From assembly GCA_977862235.1 (NCBI GenBank), contig OZ374563.1, forward strand, positions 620,001 to 684,000: 64,000 nt of DNA. Reading direction: 5' to 3'. Of this stretch, positions 41,600-50,642 are shown in pieces. The DNA comes from Dudresnaya verticillata (lineage: Eukaryota). Positions within the stretch are counted from its first letter, which is position 1. Each line of letters starts with the position of its first letter. The notes under the pieces were generated by a model. That model ran no database searches. It saw nothing but the letters and a program-made list of their open reading frames with translations, and was not told the DNA's origin. The position numbers and the translations under genes were made by a program.

Positions 41600-41616
41600 G
41601 AAATGGCCTTGTAGTG
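41600..41616 (-). repeat. CACTA-type terminus, copy 2 (right end of the inserted block)
   Basis: Same 17-mer, located where composition switches back to CGA/TCG-rich retroelement sequence. Confidence 0.75.
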
Positions 41617-42141
41617 AAGCACGTCGGCGCGGACGCCTTCGTCTTGAGGAGGGGGCCGTGCAAGCAGATCACGAAGTCTCGATGACTCAACTCCTCGAAG
41701 GAAATACGCGTAATTTTATTCGTAAGGGTCACACGTATCACGAAAAACGAAGCCGCGCCACGAATAAGTCCCAGATTCGCACTCTTGAGCACGAAGCTCG
41801 TTTACAAGAAGCTGCGAAGCTAAAGCTACGATGCTAGCAACTACGTGACTATCACTACGAGGCAAAAGAAGGTCGAGAAAGAAAAATCGTTTACTCGAGA
41901 CGATACCACGAGACCGAGATCCCGCCACCGTGAGCTCCGAGAACAAGGAGTTCAATACCAAAAACGAGAAACCACGCACCTACGAAGCTAAGATAAAAAG
42001 CCTCGGTGCTACCACTACATACAACTACGAGCGACCATACGGGTTCGCGGAATCGTAAGGCGGGTTATCACGAAGATCGTTTCCGTTTTCGTCTCGAGTC
42101 AAGCGAAGAAAGTTCAGCGCATACGGATCCGATGTCTGCGA

Positions 42142-44426
42142 TTATCCGCGGTGACCATCGTGACCGTCGCCACCGCTGGGTCCGAAGCCGGAAGGGCCTC
42201 CGCAGCCAGACCCGTAACGCGAAGTATCGTAACTCGGGTAACCGTAATCTTCGCGCCGACGCTTACCGCTCAACTCGAAGCCCCGAATACGATGACGAAG
42301 GTCCGCTATCTCCGCATCACGATCACGAAGCTTCCTACGAAGGCGACTCACCTCCATGACCGCGCAAAGGAGGCTTCCGCCGAGGTCGTCCAGCAGCTGC
42401 CGAAGAGTCCCATCGGGGGAGATGCCCGCTTCGCGACACGCATCTCTCACGGAGTCGAGAGTTCGAATATCCGTGGGACAGCGCATCTCGAAACTCGCGA
42501 CCGAAGAACCCGAAGCGCTCGGCATCAACGCAACGGCCCCGGTGCCAAGAGTTGACCCCGAAATCAGCAACGGCGAAATGGCCGGAGCTACAGAACGAGG
42601 CACACGCCGCAACGGACCAACCTCGCCTCCAATGGCACGAACCGCGGCACTCGGATGCGAAAACGGATCAACTCGCGGACCGCGGCCCACTCGTGAGGGA
42701 CGGTTGTGACGCCAATCGAACCAGGCCCCGGAGCCCACGTCGTGACCGACCACTTGGGACCACTGTCCCGTCGGAAAATCGCAACGAGTCGACTGGAGCT
42801 CCCTCCGATCCGCAGCTTCGATGGTAATCGAGAGTATCTTCGTGAACGGAATCGTGCGATTCGAGCCTCGGAGCGAAATATCTGGATACCCGCCATCCCC
42901 GGAGAACTACTTCGACCAACGATCACGAATAAAACTACGCAACGAAGCATCGAGCACCCATACGTATTGACGCTGCGTGGCATCCGAAATCAACGCGCGA
43001 CCAATTTCGAAGCGATATTCGGAATCCCGAAAACGCACGAAGCACTTCTTGGTATCTTCCACAAACAGGTCGACAACGAGACCGAAGTAACGAATCACCC
43101 TCGGAGGTGGCACGACTAAGCCCGCGGGGGCCCGAATACACGAGGTATACAGCCAGAACGAACTCGGAAACGCTCAGAGGCACGCGGTCATCGAGTCGAG
43201 AATTCGTATCCACGCGACCGGGCATCGAGCCCGTCTTGGAATGTCACTGAATCGAGAATTGCTTGGAGCGCTTCAACATGTGCGTGGCAAGTGAATCAGG
43301 CTCAAATGAGACTAGTATTGAATTGCATTGTCAGTTTAGGGAATTGATGCTCCCAGCCACTCTGCAACTTCTTGTATTGACTTTCACTATCCTTGCAGGG
43401 AATTGATACTCCCAGCCACTCTCAAGAACACTGCAAGTACAATTCATAGAATCCGAGCAGTACTACCTCAGTTCCAACGTAGTTAGCAATTCACCTAAAA
43501 CCAATACAAACATAAAAGCCGGGCGCGGAGCTTCACCACCTCGTGCCAAAAAAGGGCAACTCAACACTTCAAACAATCTCTTCCGTTCAACCGCTTCCAC
43601 GAAATAGCGCCCAGTCTCCGGCACCGATGTGCACTCCGAGGATGCAAGAAATCGAGCCTACGTGGCACCACAGGTTTCCCGCGGCGGACTCGAACTCTGG
43701 GTAATCACGAAAGCGAGCAACCGCAACCACCGGAGAATCCACGGAGATACCCGCGCCCGGTGCCAGGTGAACAAGCGCACACGTATCTACGTAAGCAACC
43801 TCGTCGACCGTGGTCACGTAGGAGAAGTCACATGGAAGGCTCATCGGAGTCGGATACACGGGGCCACGGGACCAGAATACTTGAAGGACATCGGCTCCGA
43901 TAGCATCGTGAGCCTCGCAAAGCGCACGAAAACGAGCGACATCCGGGCGAACTCGGCCATCGTAGTCAGCAACCTCTTCGTGAGTAACTCCGGATATCGC
44001 GAACTCATCCCATACGAAGTACAACTGCGCAGACGGAAGCCTGGGAGCACTCTCATCCTTTGCCCCGAATTTCGAAGGACCCAACGAAGCACTCGGCTGC
44101 CGATCTCGATTCACGAATTGCGGATTCGATCCGCCCGAACGTACGTACGGACTACCGAGGTCAGCCGCATCCGAAGGCCCCGAAGCCCCGATGTCCACAA
44201 CGTGCGGAATCGCGAGAGTCCGTAGCACGTATTCACGGGAGTCAGCCGCAGGACTAGCGACATTCGATGAAGGACCCGAAGCCCTCGGAAGCACCGAAAC
44301 ATCCCGCGTGGGCTCCGAGGCCACACGTTCCGCGGCAGCAGCGAGGTCACGCTCGAGGCGACGACGAGTCGCATCGACGCGCTCTTCGTGGGACTCAGTT
44401 CCCTTCTCATGACCCTTGTCCAACAT
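42142..44426 (-). pseudogene. Antisense accessory ORF upstream of LTR 44813-45722 (interrupted)
   Basis: ORF 43587-44426, an insertion, then FPSSFWLYTSCIRAPAGLVVPPPRVIRYFGL...FRDSEYRFEIGRALISDATQRQYVWVLDASLRSFI, then a coiled-coil C-terminus in 42142-42753. Confidence 0.72.
43243..43574. mobile_element. Small AT-richer insertion flanked by AAT
   Basis: Compositional break, AAT at 43240-43242 and 43575-43577, internal 25-bp direct repeat GGGAATTGATrCTCCCAGCCACTCT. Removal restores the surrounding reading frame. Confidence 0.65.
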
Positions 44427-44812
44427 TGCAGGATACGTGACACGAAGTTGACCTCAACACAACTCACGGAGGATCCGCAACATTTGCCCCAACACCGAGA
44501 CACGCAACCCACAACCGACCACCGCAAACCACCGAGCACAACGAAGCAACAATACGAACGCCACGGAGCGGAGTGAACGATGCGCGAAGGGATGCGCACG
44601 GACGCAACAGCGCACAAGAAGGCGCCATCGCACAAGTGATCCGAATTCAAATTCGTAAGCCCCGAGGCACCGCTGCGCGACGACGTGAGCTGTAAGCAAT
44701 CTCCGCACCGCCACTCGGATGGCTCCGTCCGCGCTCCACCGAAGGACGCCGGACCACGACAATTCGTGATTCGTGACCCGGAACCGGACGTTCGCTCTTG
44801 AGGAGGTGGCCG

Positions 44813-45722
44813 TGTGGTATAGACGCTGTGCGCAAAACGACTCCGTGGTCTACGTGAAAATAATCGAGAAATAAGAATTTCGAAGTGACTCCGTGAATGC
44901 GCACGCCACGGTGGCAAACGTATTGCAGTGCGCACACTGTTCGCGCGCCACGATGGCATTCGCATTACAGTGCGCACCCGATACGAAATCGCTGACACCT
45001 TCGTGATCTTCCCGTTGTTTCCTGCGCGTAACGGCACCGAGGCCCTCTGTGGTGAAGCGGCCGTTGTGGAGTGTCGACGACGGTTGAGCCGACTCGCGAC
45101 CAGCGCACCGGTGAGCTGGCGCCAAAAGCCGAAACGGAGTGCAGCGACACAATAGCACTATATGCCCTGCTGGAGTCTGCGTGCACCACCAATAGGAGTC
45201 AAGCAGTTGATTTATTTGTAAGTAGGTAATTGTAATGATGCTGTACAGTACGTAGTGTCAGCCGGCCAATGAGAATGCCGAGCATGTCCGCAACGGTGAC
45301 CGCGACCAGTAGGGCCGGGCCCACCTGGTGGACCAAACCCATTGGGGTCTGGCCCACACGGACCGGACCGCGGGGCGTATCTCCCAGTATATTAATGGGT
45401 GGCCACCGCGAGTCCTACAGTAAACGGGTACGCAACCCTGGGCAAAGCGAGTTACCCTAAGCCTTACCCTCATTCTCCTTCACGGTTTCCCCTCGCCAGC
45501 CCCGTGCACGGATTCCTCTTACCTCCGTCCCGGTGTAGCTGTCCTGGAACTGTACCGTCCCCCTTTTCTGTTGCGTCCCTTTACTCCTTACAAGTGTTGC
45601 CGCTCGAGGTACTCCCTTCGGTCTACGAACTAAGTTCTACCACCCCGGTGCGGTGTGAGATCACTCCTTATTGGGATTGCCTGATCAGCTCTCCTTACAG
45701 GTGTGCCTTTCACTACACCACA
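44813..45722 (+). repeat. LTR (910 bp), probable 3' LTR of element B
   Basis: TGTGGTATAG...CTACACCACA (9/10 inverted match), preceded by PPT-like GAGGAGGTGG. Homologous to the inverted copy at 63319-64000. Confidence 0.8.
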
Positions 45723-45894
45723 TCTTTTTGGTGACTCCCCTCCTTAAATGGCGACACATCCTCGTTCACCTCGGGCGTTGGGTACGCACTCCACTGAGGT
45801 GTACCGCAACATTACATAATCCACTCCCTTACCAACTGGTTCATCATCCTGCAGGTCAACCATCGCGCTCTTCCATTCCGGTGTGCCGCTTGCC

Positions 45895-48647
45895 ATGGCG
45901 GGTGGCAGCACTGACCGCGGGCGGTCCCCTTTTCAACCGACGCGCAACGCGCAGGCGGTAGGGGAGGTGCCAGCAGCGGAGATGCCCATACGAGAAGAAG
46001 ACGCGCGGGCGACCACCATACCGGAGTCTCCGAGCGTGGCGGCAGGAGCGCTAGGACGTCCGGCAAGCCCGAGGGTGCCACGCCGCCGCGTCAGGGGCGA
46101 GGGTCCGATTTCGAGTACACCGGTTCCGGATCGCCAAGTCGGAAACGGGGCGCATCGGCCTGGCAGGGCCATAGGTAACACTGAAATGGAGTGCCGCGCA
46201 AGCGGCGAGCCACGACAGGGGGCGCCACGCCGGTGGTGCCGGATCAGCAACGGTCGACTCTGCACGGGCGATATGATGCGCAGGAGCAAGCGCATCCATA
46301 TGGTCGTGCTGGGAGCGCTCTTCCGCTGCCCCTACCGACGATGGGTGGCGTGATGACTCCACCGGGGCCACGTTCGTACACTCTAACTGGGTATCGGGGA
46401 TTCGCGAGCTCGACCAAGTACACCGATGAGGCGACTTGGTTGGGTCGGGAATACGACCACCGCACAGGTTGGCGTCAACGCACCGAAAGGGAGCGCGACA
46501 TGGTCCGCCTCCCCATTCCCGTTTCGGTGTTCGTAATGGATTATGCCGACACGCTAGAAGGGCGTCGCTATGGTACCGTGACGGAGTCCAGTGGGTTGAT
46601 CAACCACAAGTGGTCTGTGAACCGGCGGGAAGAGATGTGGAAGTCCCGCTGGATTCACTCCGCTTGTTGGACGCGGGCTCCACGCGGGTGTGACATCGTG
46701 TGGGTGCGGTGTCAGGAAGAAGAGGGATACGCCGAGAAGGGGTTCCGCTTGTTGGTGTCCGCTCATCGGCTGCAGGATCGTCCGGTTGGTGTTGACTTCT
46801 TGTGCTACACCAAACCGTACGAACAAGGCGTACATTGGTTTGGAAATCCGCAACGATGGTCCGACGACGCAACGAAAGAACACCTACTCCGTCAGCGGGG
46901 TCGCGATGGACGCTGTTTAGGTAGAGCGTTACTCCACACTTGGAATACGCATGAATTCTTATAGGTGCCACCGTCGTCACACCGCAGTCTATACCTGACC
47001 GCACCGGAGTGGTGGGCCGAGTACGAGGTCACCCGCTGGCTTTCGGTGCCGACTCCGACAGTGGTGGGATATTTCACGAACCGGTTCCTTCGACACCGCA
47101 ATTGGAAGGAGTTACACCCAGGTGGAGAGAAGTCCATCGATCATCTACAGATGGCCGTTTTGGAGTTAATCCTTCGCTCGGAGTGGGCGATGTTCGTCCT
47201 CTTCTCGTGGCTGCAAGTCACCTATCGTGGTGTGCGGCGAACACGAAGATGAACGACTGGAGAGCCTTCCCGAAGGACAGCACCGAGCCGGTGGGTGGCG
47301 ACTGTGGGCGCATTTCCGAGTTGCCCGGCAAAGTCATCTCGCTCATACACCAAATGGGAGTAGCCCCGCTCGTGGAGGGGACCGAGTATCCGCTGGAGTG
47401 CGTGCAGCGGTTGTTCAAGATTCATGCGAACACCAACTGGAAGAAGACACCGGGTTTCGTTGGTTACCATTGGGACGACGACCGGGTGTTGTCAGTTCCG
47501 CCGCTGAGCCCAGGGTGGGGTATGCCGTACTACTTGTCGGCAGAAGACCCCAATCCAGTGTGGTTACTTGACGAGGAAATGGCCAATTGGCATGCGATGC
47601 GATCCCACGCAAGGCACTATCATGTTAAGGGAAGGGGCACAGAGACAGCCGCTACACCGCGAGTGGGGTATGACGTCTGGAGTGCGTGAGCGTAGCGGGA
47701 GCCCCTTAGCGGACCAGGAAGAAGTTACACCCGTGGGAATGATTGGCATCGAGCCAGCGCGCAAAGATCCGAGGGTGTTGGTGCCCCGCGAGTCGCCAGA
47801 GGTTGAGGCGAATAATCGCGATCGTGTGACGCCTTCTCCGAATAAGCCCGCAACGGTGTCTCCAAAAGGAGCAGAGGATGAGGGGCCGGGGGTTGTGTTA
47901 CCACCGCCGGCACCGCCGACGCCCACCAATGCGGTTCCGCTTAGGACAGCGGTACGGCCGAGGGTTAGCGAGGTACTTGCTCCACCAAGGATGGCAGCTA
48001 AGGTCACCAGTGTGGGGACCCGGCCAGTAGCGCGAATGGCCAAGACCGCTCAGCTGGGGCCCATCGGCACGCCGGAAGACTCCGATGCGGAAGTGGCTAC
48101 CACACCAATGGTGAAAAGCAAGAAATCTACACCGTTGGAGGTGAATCCGTTGCCTACATTACAGGGCGTTACACCAAAGCGGGGCGATGTGGTCAAGCCG
48201 ACGTCGACGGAGTCGAGTGACTCCTTGGTCTGCATCACACCCTTGGATCCAGCTGGTATCGCGCCACTGCATACCGATTACGTCACGGTCAAGAAAGAGA
48301 AGGACACAGATGTGGAAATGGAGACGTGCTGCGACGCGGATTTGCGTGTCGATGGGGCTGCACTTCAGCGACTCCACGAAAGGTGTAGGGATGCGGATCT
48401 GCCTCTACCAACGTCGGCGACCAATGCCATCAATGCTGCAGTGGTGTGGGTAGGAAGGCTTGTACGCCTGCGGCGGACCATTCCCGCCTTGCGTCGTCGC
48501 ATGACAGACACCGGTAGGAGGCTCACAATGATCACCGCAAGGGAGTATGGTGAGGACATTCCTGACTCGGAGGATGGCGCGGCAAAAGAGGAGGATATGG
48601 AGGCTGACTTGGCGCCACCAGCAAAGTGCCCGCGGAATGCAGTGTAA
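45895..48647 (+). pseudogene. Copy of the accessory protein family in a remnant (probably minus-oriented) element
   Basis: ORF chain 45895-46353, 46191-46964, 46965-47252, 47009-47689, 47568-48647. Core APEWWAEYEVTRWLSVPTPTVVGYF...ILRSEWAMFVLFSWL...ELPGKVISLI...NTNW. Pro/Thr-rich tail, AATAAA at 48670. Confidence 0.78.
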
Positions 48648-49035
48648 TTGCGTAGTGATGCCACTTGTCAATAAAATCTCGTGATTTGTGTGAGCCCCCT
48701 TCCACTGGCGGAAGGGAAGTGGAACAACACCACTGTGGAGTGAGCCCCGGAGAGGCAGGGGTAACACCCCACCATCCAAGGCTTTGCGTCCGAGTGGCAA
48801 TCACCTAATACCAGAGGTGGTTGTGCGCTTGCCAACGATTCACCAATATGGAGTAGAGCCCGATGGGCAAGGGTTCTGTGATTACAGAGTCCACATGTCA
48901 TGTCCGTTTTTGCCAGCGCCAAGTCACCAAGAGGGAGAAGAGAACCTTGGACAAGGGCTCTGCGACAACGGAGTCCACAGGTCATGCCCGATTTTGCCAA
49001 CACCACTACTGCTTGTGCGAGTAGCAAATGCCTAT

Positions 49036-49485
49036 TGTAATACAGTGAAGGGCTTACAGAAGTGGGCCCTCTGCCCGCGTGTATGCGCTGAAATAGCGTT
49101 ACCTATAGGGCGCCAGCAGGGACAAGACCGGTAGCCTATGATTGGTCCAAGTGTCACCCTGTAGGTCAGTAGCTTTGTATCTGTCTATTTATTTTAGAAA
49201 TTGTAGCTTAGGATAGGGGGCGTGTATATAGCCCAGTATGAGGGTTCCTGCCTGACAGTCGGGGTACCATATATATATATATCCTTATAAGGGTATCTCC
49301 CGTAGCGGTCACTGTCCAGTAAAGGTAAGCACCTTCCAGCCCCAACTACGTGTCCAAGCTATCGGCACCGCAGCACACTTGTCACCCGTGCCCGGTTAAC
49401 CGCCCGCCCAGTGAACTACCTTCAGTATCGTGCTTCCAATCAGGTTACGTGCCCTCGTCTACCCTCTGGGTTCCTCCCGCTCTAC
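49036..49485 (+). repeat. LTR-like fragment, target of the element C insertion (continues at 62836)
   Basis: Starts TGTAATAC and has ATTGG, a (TA)n/TATA region and a pyrimidine-rich 3' part like the other LTRs. No second copy in the window. Confidence 0.4.
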
Positions 49486-50135
49486 TGTGGAAGAATGAGC
49501 CGCAGCAGAAGTGCTGGCGAACTGTAAGGCATTTGTGCGAATTAAGGTGTAAGGCGCCCACGCGCATCAAGCTGTAAGGCGCGCACAAGCGCCGTGCGCT
49601 GTAAGGGCGATGCGCCCCGCTGGCGTCCCTGCTGGCACGTTATTTGATGGCAAATATTGCCATTGGATAATTTATCGTGGCCGCTCACGCGGCCCGACGC
49701 GGTACTACCACTAATCCGTATTTATAACTGACAGCAGTACAATTAGATTAATAATGACAGTTAGAATAGCTTAGAATAGCTCATAGGAGGTAAGAGCATT
49801 TTCGGCTCTGTATACTTAATAGGCCCCTGAGTAGTAGGGCCGGCCTCCTGAATAGAACCCACGGTGGGTTTCGGATCTTTACCCTTTTTCTGGAATTCAC
49901 GGACTCACCGTAACCTCCCTTTCAAGTGATTTACGAGCCTTGCCTCCACACGACGGTTGCTCTGTGCGAGCTGGGTGGCACCGCCCCTTTTCCCCCTTTT
50001 CCCTTAGGCTCCGTGCCTTTCAAAGTCTCTACCAACCCCTTTTCCCGAGCTACCTAAGCTAGTGTGTTGTGCACCGTCAGGACAGCTGTCCTTGCCGGTT
50101 GGCGGGTTTCCGCCTTGACGGGCCATACTACTACA
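49486..50135 (+). repeat. 5' LTR of element C (650 bp)
   Basis: TGTGGAAGAA...TACTACTACA. Matches 62200-62830 with about 14 substitutions and 2 indels (hand count). Confidence 0.97.
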
Positions 50136-50136
50136 G

Positions 50137-50154
50137 TGGTCTCCCGACCTAGAA
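50137..50154 (+). promoter_or_regulatory. Primer binding site of element C, probably tRNA-Tyr
   Basis: TGGTCTCCCGACCTAGAA(TCG), identical to the PBS of A. The extra TCG would pair with T-loop CGA. Confidence 0.88.
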
Positions 50155-50642
50155 TCGTTTTCAGGGTCGGCCCCTTTTTACTACCTCATCCGCAAGTCGT
50201 CGTTCGGACCTTCCCACGGGACGAGAATTCCCCGTGCAAGAATCCAAGGAACTACTTCCTGAGGGTGAAATCCTAGTCGGCCAAGTGTCGACGGTTTCTC
50301 AGGTTCATATCAAGCTTCGAAGTTGCGTTAAATTCGAGGCAAGCAACTGCCACCGCTTCTGCGGTTTTTAATCGTCTACAAGGGAGAAGATCCTGGTCGT
50401 GGAGTGACGCCCCTTCAAGGAACTCTTCCTGCAGGTTATCGTGACACCTATCATCAAAAACACGTCTGTATACGGGCTGTGCGGGCGCGCGCGCTGGGAG
50501 TTCCACGCGGACAGAATCGCCCATAACCCCGAGAACTACGGTTCTAAGAAGTTTGCCATCCTATGGAGAAGTTCCCCGATTAGTGCAACTACAGGATCGA
50601 GTCCTACGTTTTAAGGTTGTCGATAACAACCTCGTTTAGAAG

